Below are positions 33,421 to 43,172 of a DNA stretch of 48,391 nucleotides, in pieces. Within the stretch, counting starts at the first letter, position 1; every line of letters begins with the position of its first letter. This DNA is from a virus. Its lineage: Duplodnaviria; Caudoviricetes. A program made the position numbers and the translations under genes. The stretch lies in the IMG/VR virus record IMGVR_UViG_3300034127_000010, positions 1 to 48,391 of that record; one strand, written 5' to 3'. The notes beneath the pieces are model-generated. The model searched no databases. It was not told where the DNA came from and was given only the letters and a program-made list of their open reading frames with translations.

Positions 33421-33951
33421 TTGCGACATTTCCTGAAGCTCGGCGAGCAAATCGACGTCCTCCCGATCCTGTCGGCGCTTTCGACGCGCCCGGACCTGTG
33501 GAACGCGAACGACCTCCGCACGACCTACCCAGACAGCCCGCACGCCGATGCAGACGACATCTGGGTCATGTTCAACGATGTGACCGGCGATGTCGTCAAC
33601 GACATTCAGGCGCACCCCTTTCCCGCATGGAGCGAGCTTCCGGTCAAGGATCTCGTCCTGAACCTGATGCGCCGCGTCGGTGGCGTGCAGCTCGGCCGCG
33701 TCATTATCACGCGTCTGGCGCCCGGCAAGTCGATTGCTGCCCATGCCGATCAGGGCGCGCCGGCGACCTTCTATCAACGATACCATATCGTGCTTCAGTC
33801 GCTCCCCGGCTGCGTCACGAAAAGCGGAGAGGAGGTGATCCAGATGTCTGGGGGCGAAGCATGGTGGTTCGATAACCGCGCCGTGCATAGCGTCACCAAC
33901 AACAGCGCCGACGATCGCATTGTGATCATTGTGGATATCCGGGTATGCTGA
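33421..33951 (+). CDS. Asp/Asn beta-hydroxylase-family 2OG-Fe(II) oxygenase
   Basis: HAD, RYHIVL and WWFDN...HSV.N...DRI give the HxD..H..R set. Confidence 0.88.
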   Translation: MRHFLKLGEQIDVLPILSALSTRPDLWNANDLRTTYPDSPHADADDIWVMFNDVTGDVVNDIQAHPFPAWSELPVKDLVLNLMRRVGGVQLGRVIITRLAPGKSIAAHADQGAPATFYQRYHIVLQSLPGCVTKSGEEVIQMSGGEAWWFDNRAVHSVTNNSADDRIVIIVDIRVC

Positions 33952-34403
33952 CGGCAGCCCCGGAAGCCTTCGCGCCGTTCCTGGAAGAGGTGAAGCCCCT
34001 CTTGCCGCTCCACTATGCGGAGCTGGCCCTCGATCAGGACAAGGTACCGCTCTCGCCTCAATATGATGAGTATCTGGCCCGCGACGCTCGCGGCCAGGTG
34101 CTCACCATCGCTATGCGGGAAGGCGGCGAGCTCGTCGGGTATTTCGTCGGGTTCATGGCGCCGGGTCTGCACTATTCGACGTGCCTCACGCTGCATCTCG
34201 ATATTTTCTGGCTGAAGCCGGAACATCGGGGCAAACATGGGGGCATGCTGCTTTTTCAGGCAGTCGAGGCGGAAGCCAAGAGGCGCGGCGTCCAGCGCAT
34301 GTTCGTCGGCTCGAAAACGCATCTCGACGCCTCCTGGCTGTTCGATCGGCTGGGCTATACCAAAGTCGAGACGCACTATTCATGCTGGCTGGGAGACGCC
34401 TGA
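33945..34403 (+). CDS. GNAT-family acetyltransferase
   Basis: DIFWLKPEHRGK.GG..L...E..AK.RG and FDRLGY. Confidence 0.85.
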   Translation: MLTAAPEAFAPFLEEVKPLLPLHYAELALDQDKVPLSPQYDEYLARDARGQVLTIAMREGGELVGYFVGFMAPGLHYSTCLTLHLDIFWLKPEHRGKHGGMLLFQAVEAEAKRRGVQRMFVGSKTHLDASWLFDRLGYTKVETHYSCWLGDA

Positions 34404-35101
34404 TGGTTGCTGTTGCCATCGTCGGTGCGGCGGTTGTTGGCGGGGTCGCGTCGTCCTCCGCCAGCAGCAAGGCGTCCAAGACCGCGTCCAAGACCGCAGA
34501 CAAGAACAATGCGCTCCAGCAGGACATCTACAACCAGAACAAGGCCGCGCTGGCACCGTACCTGTCAGCGGGTGCTCCGGCGACGGCAGCGATCGACTCT
34601 CTGCTCGGGATTGGCGACGACCCGACCAAAGCGAAAGCTGCGCTCCAGACCTATTACGATTCCACCGGCTATGACAGCCGCTTGAAGCAGGGCGAAAAGA
34701 GCGTCACGTCAGCGCTCGGCAATCGCGGCCTGCTCGAAAGCGGGGCCGCGCAGAAGTCGCTCCTGAGATACGGGCAGGATTATGCGTCGAACGAGTTCGG
34801 CAAATACATGGGCTATCTGTCGAACCAGCAGGGCGTGGGGCTGGCGGCGGCATCGGCGCAGGCGGGGGTCAGCCAGAACTATGCCAACTCGGTGACGCAG
34901 AACAACAACAACGCCGCGAACACCTCGGCGAACGCGGCTCTGGCAACCGGCGGCGCGATCAACAGCGCGCTCGGCAGTGCGCTTTCGGCTTACGGGCTCT
35001 CGCAGGGCATGCGCTCGAGCTATGGCGGAGCTGCGGCCAGTAGCGACCTTGTCGATCCCCGTTCCTATGGCGGGTTCGCCGACCCGTCGAGGAACTACTG
35101 A
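34403..35101 (+). CDS. DNA ejection protein (P22 gp7-like)
   Basis: Gly/Ala/Ser-rich; APY..AG..A and RGLL.SGA..K.L..YGQ.YA motifs. Confidence 0.8.
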   Translation: MVAVAIVGAAVVGGVASSSASSKASKTASKTADKNNALQQDIYNQNKAALAPYLSAGAPATAAIDSLLGIGDDPTKAKAALQTYYDSTGYDSRLKQGEKSVTSALGNRGLLESGAAQKSLLRYGQDYASNEFGKYMGYLSNQQGVGLAAASAQAGVSQNYANSVTQNNNNAANTSANAALATGGAINSALGSALSAYGLSQGMRSSYGGAAASSDLVDPRSYGGFADPSRNY

Positions 35102-35907
35102 TGCCTGACTTCTCCCTCCTCAACACGCCCAACTTCGCCCAGGCTGCGCTCGGGGGATATCAGGCGGGCCGCCAGATCGGGCAGCAGAAGCGCACCGACG
35201 ATGCGATGGCGCTGTACGCCAAGGACCCGGATGCGGGCGTCGAGGCGATCTCTGCGCTCGATCCAGAGCGTGGTGCGCGTCTTCGTGAGGCGGCGCGCGA
35301 AAAGCAGGCGCGCGAGGCTACAGCGAGGGCCCTGACTCCGAACACTGACCCGAACGCGTCTTCGCCGCTGACGATCAACCGGGAAGCGCTCGGCGATCTC
35401 GCGAAGCTGGATCCGAAGATGGCGCTGGACCTGCAGGGGTTCGCGATGAAGGCGGACGAGGCGCAGCTGAAGCGCGTTACCGACCATCTCGCGGTCAAGG
35501 CGAATGCGGCCGATGCGCTGTTGGCCCTTCCCCCGGGCGAGCAGCGGCAGCAAGCATTCGAGCAGCTTCGCCCGCAGCTCCTGCAACAGGGGTTCACGCA
35601 AGAGGAGCTCGCGCAGGCCGATCTCAGCGACAACATGCTCCTGCGCGACAAGCTCATGGGCATGACGTTCGAGCAGCGACTGAAGGCGCAGGACACAGCA
35701 GCCGACAACGCACGGCAGGAGCGAGCGACAAACAACACCATCATGACCTCGCAGGCACGCCTCGGTCTGGCGCAGCGCGCTGATGCCCGATCCAGTGAGG
35801 CGCGTTCGGAAGGGCGCGTTCGGTTCCGCGAGCGGGATAAGGACCGGGCGGCGATCGCGGCCGGCGGACGCGGTATCCCGACCGATCTCAGCGACTTGGA
35901 TTACTGA
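35101..35907 (+). CDS. DNA ejection protein (gp20 position)
   Basis: Helical Q/A-rich protein; synteny. Confidence 0.65.
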   Translation: MPDFSLLNTPNFAQAALGGYQAGRQIGQQKRTDDAMALYAKDPDAGVEAISALDPERGARLREAAREKQAREATARALTPNTDPNASSPLTINREALGDLAKLDPKMALDLQGFAMKADEAQLKRVTDHLAVKANAADALLALPPGEQRQQAFEQLRPQLLQQGFTQEELAQADLSDNMLLRDKLMGMTFEQRLKAQDTAADNARQERATNNTIMTSQARLGLAQRADARSSEARSEGRVRFRERDKDRAAIAAGGRGIPTDLSDLDY

Positions 35908-38663
35908 TGGCCCTCAACCCGACCAAGACGGCGACGAATCCACGCATCGCCAAGCTGATCGAGCTTGAGGTAGCGGGCCGGATCAAGCCCGAGCACCAGC
36001 AGGAGCTCGACACCTATCGCGCGCAGGGTGTCGCCCCGAAGAAGGCGGCGGAAGGCGGGACCGAGAGCGAGCGCACGGCCGGCTTTCTGGCAACGCGCGT
36101 AGCCGATGAATTGGGCACGCTGACCGATATCGGTACGAAAGATCCTGGCGCGCTGCGGCCCGGCATGGCTGCGGAGACGGTTCGCAGCGTGTTCGGCGAT
36201 ACGGCAGCCAACATGGTCAACAGCTCGTCTCGCCAGCGTGCAGAGGCGGCGCAGGAGAACCTGCTCGATGCCGCCCTCACGTTGGGCACCGGCGCGGCCT
36301 ATACGAAGGAGCAGCTTTCCGGATATCGTCGCTCCCTGTTCCCGCAGATCGGCGACGGCGACAGCGTCGTTGCCGACAAGCGCAAGCGACTGAAGGTCCT
36401 GCTCGCGGCGGCCAAGGTCAAGGCTGGCGGATCTGCGGCCAGCATCGACAAGGCTCTTGCCGCCGCGGGAATGGCGGATCTCGACGCACCGACATCAGGG
36501 ACGGACAAGACCGTCTCGCAGGACGGCCTGAGCCCTATCATCGACCAGCTCGCAGGTGTGAACGGTCCCGACAAGGCGGCTGAGTTCATGCCGAGCGGCG
36601 AGGTGCGCATCAAGCATCCTGATGGCACCTTCACGACCTACCCAAGCAAGTTGCTCTATGAGCAGGCGGCGACGCTCGGGTTTTCCGACAATCCAACCGA
36701 ACAGCAGCGCGCCGAATACAAGCGGAAGTACGGCGAAGATCCTGGCGCGATTTCTGACACGGTTGTCGAGGGCGGCCGGGACGTCACCGCAGAGGATCGA
36801 GATACGACGTTCGGCGCCGTCGATGCCGCGGTGCGCGGCGCAGCGGACAGCGTCACGCTCAGCATGGCGGATGAACTGGCGGCCGGCGCGACCACTCTGT
36901 TCGGCAGCGGGACGATGGCCGAGAACCTGCGCAAGGAACGCGGGATCGACCGCATCGACGAGAAGGTCAATCCCTATGCCCGCATGGGCGGCCAGCTGGG
37001 AGGGGCGCTTCTCTTGCCGACTGGCGGCGCACGCACGCCCGGGCAGTTTGCCGCGCTCGGTGGCGGCTATGGGGCAGCCTACGGGTTCGGCAGCGGCGAC
37101 TCCAATGGTGAAGGTGTTCTGGACCGCTTCAAAGGCGGAGCGCTCGGCGGCGGTACCGGGGCCGCCCTCGGCTGGGCAGGGGGCACGCTCGCCGACAAGA
37201 TCGCGGCCCGCGCTTCTGGAGGTGGTCCGCGCGTCCCGCCAGGCGGCGCCGATGCCGTTGCTCTTGCCCGCGCCGGGCAGGCGGAGGGTGTGCCGCTCAG
37301 CCGCCCGATTCTCGACCCTGCGACGCGTGATCGCATGGCCTATCTGGAATCGTCGCCCGGCAGCGGCGGACCCGTGCGGGCAGCCCTTGAATCGACGCGA
37401 GAGGGCCTTGAGACGCGCGCTGCGGCGCTCGGTGGCGGTGCAGGTGCTGCACAGGAGGGAGGCGCTCTCGGCCAGCGCATTCAGGATGCCGGCCAGCGCT
37501 TCGTCACGCGCAGCCGGGATGTTCGCAACCGCATGTACAATCGGGCGGCGCAGATGGCGGGCGATGCCGAGGTGACGCCGACCGAGGCACTCGCGGCGCT
37601 CGACACGCATATCGCCGAACTCTCGCGCAATGAGAACAGCAATCGTGCGACCATCGACTATCTCAACGATATTCGCGCCGATCTCGCGAGCGGGAACAAG
37701 ACGCTGGCGGATATGCGCGATATCCGCACTAACCTGCGCGGCAATATCAGCCAGCGGAACCTCATGCACACGCCGGCCGAGCGCATCGTCGGCGAAGTCA
37801 TGGACGCAGCCCGAACCGACATCCAACGCGATCTCTCGCAAAGCGCGCCCGCAGCCGTTAATGCCTATCGCCGCGCCGATCGCTTCAATGCGCAGCGGTC
37901 GGCGGAAATCCGGCAGGTCGTGCAGCGGGTTATCGGGCGCCAGGATGATCGCTTGGGCGGAGAACAGGTGATGTCGCGCATTCGGGCAATGTCCGGCCCG
38001 AACGGCGATTCCGCCCGTCTGCAGCGCATGGTCGATAAACTGAGCCCCGAGGAGCGCGCGGACTATGCCGCAACGGTCGCGGCTAGCCTCGGGCGCCGCT
38101 CGGCTGATGAAGACTTCTCGCCAGCGCTTTTCATCAGCAGCGCGCGCGGGCTTTCCCCGGCGGCGCGCAGGACGATCTTCGGTGACTATGGCGCGCGATC
38201 GATCGAAAACCTGCGTTTGCTCTCGTCAGCCTATCGTGACACCGCGGCACGGCTCAACAACAGCCGTTCAGGGCAGGTTGCCAACTGGGGCGCGTTCCTG
38301 CGCAATGTCGTTGGCGGCGGCACGGCTGGTACGCTGCTTAGCGGCGTCTCCGGGGCCGCAACCGGTGTCGCAGCCGGCGCCGCGCTGACCGGTGCGGGTG
38401 CTGCCATCCGCAATCTCTCCGCCCGGGCGCTGATGTCGCCAAATATGACCCGCTGGCTTGCGACGGCACCGCGCCAGACCACGCCATCAGCGATTGCAGC
38501 ACATATCGCGCGCCTGCCGCAGATCGCAGCCCGCGACCCGGCCATTGCGAGCGAAGTGACGGCCCTTCAGCGCGCGCTGCTCGGTGCAAATGACAATATT
38601 CCGGTTGGCCGTGCGGCGGCTTCAGGCCCCGAGGGGAATGAGCAGGAGAAAGCCGCCAAGTAG
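35907..38663 (+). CDS. Large DNA ejection protein (gp16 position)
   Basis: 918 aa with Gly/Ala-rich membrane-like segments; synteny. Confidence 0.75.
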   Translation: MALNPTKTATNPRIAKLIELEVAGRIKPEHQQELDTYRAQGVAPKKAAEGGTESERTAGFLATRVADELGTLTDIGTKDPGALRPGMAAETVRSVFGDTAANMVNSSSRQRAEAAQENLLDAALTLGTGAAYTKEQLSGYRRSLFPQIGDGDSVVADKRKRLKVLLAAAKVKAGGSAASIDKALAAAGMADLDAPTSGTDKTVSQDGLSPIIDQLAGVNGPDKAAEFMPSGEVRIKHPDGTFTTYPSKLLYEQAATLGFSDNPTEQQRAEYKRKYGEDPGAISDTVVEGGRDVTAEDRDTTFGAVDAAVRGAADSVTLSMADELAAGATTLFGSGTMAENLRKERGIDRIDEKVNPYARMGGQLGGALLLPTGGARTPGQFAALGGGYGAAYGFGSGDSNGEGVLDRFKGGALGGGTGAALGWAGGTLADKIAARASGGGPRVPPGGADAVALARAGQAEGVPLSRPILDPATRDRMAYLESSPGSGGPVRAALESTREGLETRAAALGGGAGAAQEGGALGQRIQDAGQRFVTRSRDVRNRMYNRAAQMAGDAEVTPTEALAALDTHIAELSRNENSNRATIDYLNDIRADLASGNKTLADMRDIRTNLRGNISQRNLMHTPAERIVGEVMDAARTDIQRDLSQSAPAAVNAYRRADRFNAQRSAEIRQVVQRVIGRQDDRLGGEQVMSRIRAMSGPNGDSARLQRMVDKLSPEERADYAATVAASLGRRSADEDFSPALFISSARGLSPAARRTIFGDYGARSIENLRLLSSAYRDTAARLNNSRSGQVANWGAFLRNVVGGGTAGTLLSGVSGAATGVAAGAALTGAGAAIRNLSARALMSPNMTRWLATAPRQTTPSAIAAHIARLPQIAARDPAIASEVTALQRALLGANDNIPVGRAAASGPEGNEQEKAAK

Positions 38664-38737
38664 CGCGAGGCGCAGCCATTTGAGACGAGCGCCCGCAGCG
38701 TAGGTAGCTGCTGATGCCGCAGTGAACTCCAATGGCG

Positions 38738-38965
38738 TCACTTATCTACGCATTCGTAGCGGTACGAGTTATCCCATTCACTATGTCCAGTTTCGCGTGC
38801 GACGCGTCCAGCTTTCCCGCATTCTTGCTCGGCGAGATTAAAGGCTTTCGCGCGTTTGTCGGGCCCGAGACCCATATGAATCGATCCTCCACGGGCGTTA
38901 GAGCCAGTGAGGGCGGGCGTGCAGGCGGGCAGGACGATGACTGCCGCGATGATGGCTAGGCGCAT
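38738..38965 (-). CDS. Small lipoprotein moron (possible superinfection exclusion)
   Basis: Lipobox MRLAIIAAVIVLPA-C; own TTGCGG-17-TATACG promoter ending 7 nt before the ATG. Confidence 0.75.
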   Translation of the reverse strand: MRLAIIAAVIVLPACTPALTGSNARGGSIHMGLGPDKRAKAFNLAEQECGKAGRVARETGHSEWDNSYRYECVDK

Positions 38966-39067
38966 AGCTTTGCGTATATCGAAACTTGCCCCGACCCGCA
39001 ACATCGCGTAAGGAGGGGACAGACGAACCCCGCAGGTGGGTCATGCCTCCAAGCAGCGGGTTCGTTC

Positions 39068-41836
39068 ATGTCTCAACTCTTTACGTCTCCTTTTGTGCGC
39101 GCCACCGTGCAGACGGGCGTTATCGCCCCCGGCGCCGAATATCATTTCTGCTTGAGTGGGACCAGCCAACTCACAAATATTTATACTGACGAGACGCTTA
39201 GCACGACGTTGCCAAACCCGATCGCGGCAAACGCCTTCGGCCTCTTCCCCAGCATCTATCTCGCCCCGGACATCGCTTATCGCGTCCGCCTCTTCACCTC
39301 GGCAGGCGTCTTGGTAGACGAGGTGGACCCGCTTTATGGGCAGGATCCAAGTATTGCTGAAAATGCCGCTCAGATCGAGAGCATAAGAGGCGTGATAACC
39401 TCCGGTCGTCGTGAATATGCCACGTATGCCAGTGCCGCCAGCGACGCTGTTACACCGACCTTATACCCAGCGATCACGCTGGGGCAGGTTGCGGAGGTCC
39501 CACTTACCGATGCGGGTACGCACACTGATCCTGTCGTCGGCGGCACAGTGCCAAATTCTGGCATATTTCGGTGGTCCGTATCGCCGGCTGGATTTGAGCG
39601 GATTGCAGATGTCGATGCAGTATCCGCAAATGCAGCAGCTGCATCTGCAGCAGCCGATGCAGCCACCGCCGGGACGGCGGCTAGCGCTGCAACCGCGGCC
39701 GCGGCCGATGCGATTGTCGCGGCCACGGTTGGCGTGGCCGCGATCGGGTACCCGGGCAATCCGTCACCGACGACTTATGGCACCATAACGTCGGATTCGG
39801 CCAACGCCGGCTCTCCGTGGTGGTCGAACGGCATCATCCTGGATCGTGCTGGCCAGATAGAAAGCGTTACGCTGAAGCTTAGCTCATCCTCGGTTCAAGA
39901 CGTAGCGCTTGTGCAGGTTTCGACTCGGGTGATCTTGGCGCTGGCTACTTCAGTGGCATTTTTGGACGGCGTACCAACTGAAAACCCATTCGGCATCCTA
40001 TCCGCGCCAGCCGGGAGCACCATAATGGTACGCCGGATATCGGGGGGCTCGTTGCGGCAAGAGACGGCAACCGGTCTGACCTTCAATTCTACCAACGCGA
40101 CCTATGTTGTGGGAGACACCATGGCGGTGTTTTCTTCCGCAACGACGGTAAAGCTCGGGCTAGCGTACACAGTCAGCGCGGTCGATGCGCCTGTCGAGCC
40201 GCGCGTCGCGTCACTGGAAGGCGACCGCCTAACGGACGCGGTCGTCGCAGGAGTTGAGTCCTCTCCGGCACAATCCATCACGATCGGGCAAACCGGATTC
40301 ACGCCATCCGGCAATGCCAACAACGCGCTGCTGCCAGGTACCAAGACTCCGGCGGCCGGGATTGTGACCAGTGTAAGCATTCAGCTTCAGGGCGCCGGTA
40401 CCGGAATGCTCGAGTTTTGGCGCACCTTCAACGGGGGCGCCCGCAAATGGGCGGAATGGCCTGTCGTGCTGGCTGACGGGGTGAACCCGATCACGATCGA
40501 TCGCCAGTTCGCGCCTGCTGACAGCTATTTCTATTACCGCAAGATCACGGGCAACAATGCCGCCTATCTCAGCGGCGGCAGCTATTACAATATTCCCGCC
40601 AGCCCCTATGCGGTCGGCGATACCGCGACCGTCACCTTCTCGTCCGGCTTCACGATCGGCATATCGGTCACGATGGAGATCGCGACGAAGGCGAGCTTCC
40701 GCGCGTCCTATGAGACAATCAAGGGTCCGCTGACGATCGCGCGAGAGACGTTCGCGGCGGCGCCCGCAAACTGGACGATCGGCGCGAACTTCACGCCTGG
40801 CGCGGGCGGTCTGGCGGCGACAGGGACTGGCGGCTGGGACAAGTTCGCCGTCTTCAACAACTATTCCAGCCTACACAAGCGCAGGCTGGAAGCGAGCCAT
40901 CTGGTGAACGATGCCGCGAGCATCTTCGGGATCTGCACGAACCCGCGTTCGTCCAACACGGGCACGGGCGGGGCCGTATCGATCATCGACGGGGTCGCGA
41001 ACAAGATCCGGCTGTATGCATGGAACGGTTCAGCGACGGCGGGGACGCTTGCCGCTGAAGTGGCGCTGCCTGCTGCGCTGACGGCCGGACGCATCTATAC
41101 GCATGTCGTCGTCATCAACGGCCTGACGATCACCGCAACGATCACGGACACGGTGACGCTGGCGAGCGCCACGGTATCGGGCACGTTCGGCGCTGGAGCG
41201 GTTTCGGCGCGATTCCACGGTCAGCCCGGCTTCATGCATATCGCCGGGGACGTGGCGCACAAATGGGCGAACTTCGCGATCAACGCGCCGCGGAACCTGC
41301 GAGCAGTCGGCATCCTAGACAGCAATGGCGAAGGCACAGCAACCGGCGTCACCAATCCGTCTTGGATCTTCCAACTTGCTAGCGCCTATGACGGCATCCT
41401 AGTAGCCGCGCGATCGGGCGAGAGCAGCGCGGACATGGCTGGTCGCCTCAACGACCTGACCGACCTGCGCCCCCGCACGGCCTTCATGGCGATGGGCACG
41501 AACGACAGCGTTCTCGCGACCTGGCGCTCGAATGTCGGCGGCTTCATCGACGCCTGCCGGCAGATCAACGCCGAGCCGATCCTGTGCATCCCGCCTCCCA
41601 AGACGACGAACGGCACGACGCAGGCGTTCATCACGTCGCTGTCGGCCGACATCACTGGCGGCTATTTCGGCGCGGGTATCCGGTACGTCGATTTCCTTGG
41701 TGCGCTGTCCAACGCGCACGATCGCCTGACGTGGAACGCGACCTACGGCGGCGCCGACAATTTGCACGCGAACAATGCCGGTCAGTCGGCGATGCTGGCG
41801 CAGGTGCTGGCGACGATTCCCGAGATCGCGGCGTGA
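39068..41836 (+). CDS. Tailspike/receptor-binding protein with an N-terminal virion-binding domain and C-terminal SGNH esterase
   Basis: N-terminal IYTD.TL.T.LPNPI.A...G.FP.IYL; C-terminal LDS, GTND and DNLH. Confidence 0.85.
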   Translation: MSQLFTSPFVRATVQTGVIAPGAEYHFCLSGTSQLTNIYTDETLSTTLPNPIAANAFGLFPSIYLAPDIAYRVRLFTSAGVLVDEVDPLYGQDPSIAENAAQIESIRGVITSGRREYATYASAASDAVTPTLYPAITLGQVAEVPLTDAGTHTDPVVGGTVPNSGIFRWSVSPAGFERIADVDAVSANAAAASAAADAATAGTAASAATAAAADAIVAATVGVAAIGYPGNPSPTTYGTITSDSANAGSPWWSNGIILDRAGQIESVTLKLSSSSVQDVALVQVSTRVILALATSVAFLDGVPTENPFGILSAPAGSTIMVRRISGGSLRQETATGLTFNSTNATYVVGDTMAVFSSATTVKLGLAYTVSAVDAPVEPRVASLEGDRLTDAVVAGVESSPAQSITIGQTGFTPSGNANNALLPGTKTPAAGIVTSVSIQLQGAGTGMLEFWRTFNGGARKWAEWPVVLADGVNPITIDRQFAPADSYFYYRKITGNNAAYLSGGSYYNIPASPYAVGDTATVTFSSGFTIGISVTMEIATKASFRASYETIKGPLTIARETFAAAPANWTIGANFTPGAGGLAATGTGGWDKFAVFNNYSSLHKRRLEASHLVNDAASIFGICTNPRSSNTGTGGAVSIIDGVANKIRLYAWNGSATAGTLAAEVALPAALTAGRIYTHVVVINGLTITATITDTVTLASATVSGTFGAGAVSARFHGQPGFMHIAGDVAHKWANFAINAPRNLRAVGILDSNGEGTATGVTNPSWIFQLASAYDGILVAARSGESSADMAGRLNDLTDLRPRTAFMAMGTNDSVLATWRSNVGGFIDACRQINAEPILCIPPPKTTNGTTQAFITSLSADITGGYFGAGIRYVDFLGALSNAHDRLTWNATYGGADNLHANNAGQSAMLAQVLATIPEIAA

Positions 41837-41867
41837 CCCCACCCCTTTGGCAATCAGGAGAGCAGCA

Positions 41868-42044
41868 ATGAAGACGCCGGCCGAACACGCGAAGAACATC
41901 CGCACGACGCTGCGCAAGGTGGAGGCTGCGACGCGCGCGCACCACAAGGCGCTGCAGGACGCGCTGGAGGATCACGGCACGGCATGCGGGCTGACCGAGG
42001 GCGAGGTTACGACGCTCGGCGGCGGTACGCCCAAGACGGCCTGA
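41868..42044 (+). CDS. 58-aa peptide ending GGGTPKTA
   Basis: AGGAG RBS; TGATG coupling to the next gene. Confidence 0.75.
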   Translation: MKTPAEHAKNIRTTLRKVEAATRAHHKALQDALEDHGTACGLTEGEVTTLGGGTPKTA

Positions 42045-42520
42045 TGCTGCTCGCGGCCTTCTACGGGAGCCTTGCGCTGCTGGCGCTATGGGCGACGTGG
42101 CGTGAGCGCGACTTGCGCTGGGTCGGCATAGCGCTCGTCTTTAGCTGGTCCGCGTCTAACGCGATCTGGTTCCTGGGCGGCGCGGAAAGCCGGCCCGGGG
42201 TCTATACGATGTGCGAGGTGTTCGTGGCGATCGCCGCCTACATGGCGTGGGACGACCTGCGCTATCGGATGCTGCCGGTGCTGGTGCTCATTTGCGCGCT
42301 CTCGACGGCTGCGAACGTCGCTCTGGCCCTGCAACTTGCTCCAATTCGGACGCAAATTCATACACATGAGGTTATCACCAACATCTGTTTTGCGCTAGAG
42401 TGCGGCGTCGCTTTCGGCATGGGGGTTTGGCACGGTGTTACATCTGGCCGTTTCGATAGCTGGCCTGGTGTTCGCAACATGGCTGGCCACTCGCATGCTC
42501 TCCGGGACCGTGAGCCATGA
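42044..42520 (+). CDS. Multi-pass (about 5 TM) membrane protein
   Basis: Five hydrophobic segments; coupled on both sides. Confidence 0.75.
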   Translation: MLLAAFYGSLALLALWATWRERDLRWVGIALVFSWSASNAIWFLGGAESRPGVYTMCEVFVAIAAYMAWDDLRYRMLPVLVLICALSTAANVALALQLAPIRTQIHTHEVITNICFALECGVAFGMGVWHGVTSGRFDSWPGVRNMAGHSHALRDREP

Positions 42521-42894
42521 CCGGGACCGCGATCGAGGCCCTACGCGGCTGGATTAGCACGGGCGCGCTGTTGGGGCTGCTGACGTTTGCCGCTCGCTAT
42601 CTGATCCAGAACCGGAAACTGCGCATGCAGGAGAAGATCGACGACCGTCAGGGATTCGGGACCCTGATCGAGCGCCTTGAGGCCAACATAGAGCGACTGG
42701 AGCGCAAGCTGAGCGAGGCTGAAGGCCGCATCAAGACGCTCGAAGCTGAGAGGGAAGGCGAGCACAAACTGATCCTCGAGCTGATCCGCCAGACCAATCG
42801 CACGCAGGCCGCGTCGATCCTTGCCAGCAACTCAGTGTCGCCGGCCATCCGTCGCGCGCTGGAATCGACGATCAGCCCGGAGCAGACGGGATGA
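42517..42894 (+). CDS. TM plus coiled-coil protein (holin/antiholin-like)
   Basis: N-terminal TM and heptad repeats; lysis module. Confidence 0.6.
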   Translation: MTGTAIEALRGWISTGALLGLLTFAARYLIQNRKLRMQEKIDDRQGFGTLIERLEANIERLERKLSEAEGRIKTLEAEREGEHKLILELIRQTNRTQAASILASNSVSPAIRRALESTISPEQTG

Positions 42895-43172
42895 AGAGCC
42901 CCTGGACCTTCGAAACCCTGAAAGAGCATCTGGACGCTCAGCGTGAGGCGGTCGATCGCCGGCACACCGATCTCGCGACAGAGCGCAACCGCGCGGTCGA
43001 TGCGGCGCTGGCCGCGGCGAACGAGAAAGCGAAATCGCACAACGACATCCTCGGAGCGCTGAAGGATGCGCAGGGTCAGTTCGTGTCGAAAACAACGCTG
43101 TTCTGGGCAGTCTCTGCGCTGATCAGCGGGGCGGGATTGGCTTGGGTGATTATCAAGGGAGTGGGTGGGTGA
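42891..43172 (+). CDS. Coiled coil plus C-terminal TM protein (holin-like)
   Basis: C-terminal TM; directly upstream of the endolysin. Confidence 0.6.
   Translation: MKSPWTFETLKEHLDAQREAVDRRHTDLATERNRAVDAALAAANEKAKSHNDILGALKDAQGQFVSKTTLFWAVSALISGAGLAWVIIKGVGG

Noticed and set aside
39068-41836. Diversity-generating retroelement or invertible tail-fibre system
   Set aside because: No reverse transcriptase, invertase or template/variable repeat pair was seen.
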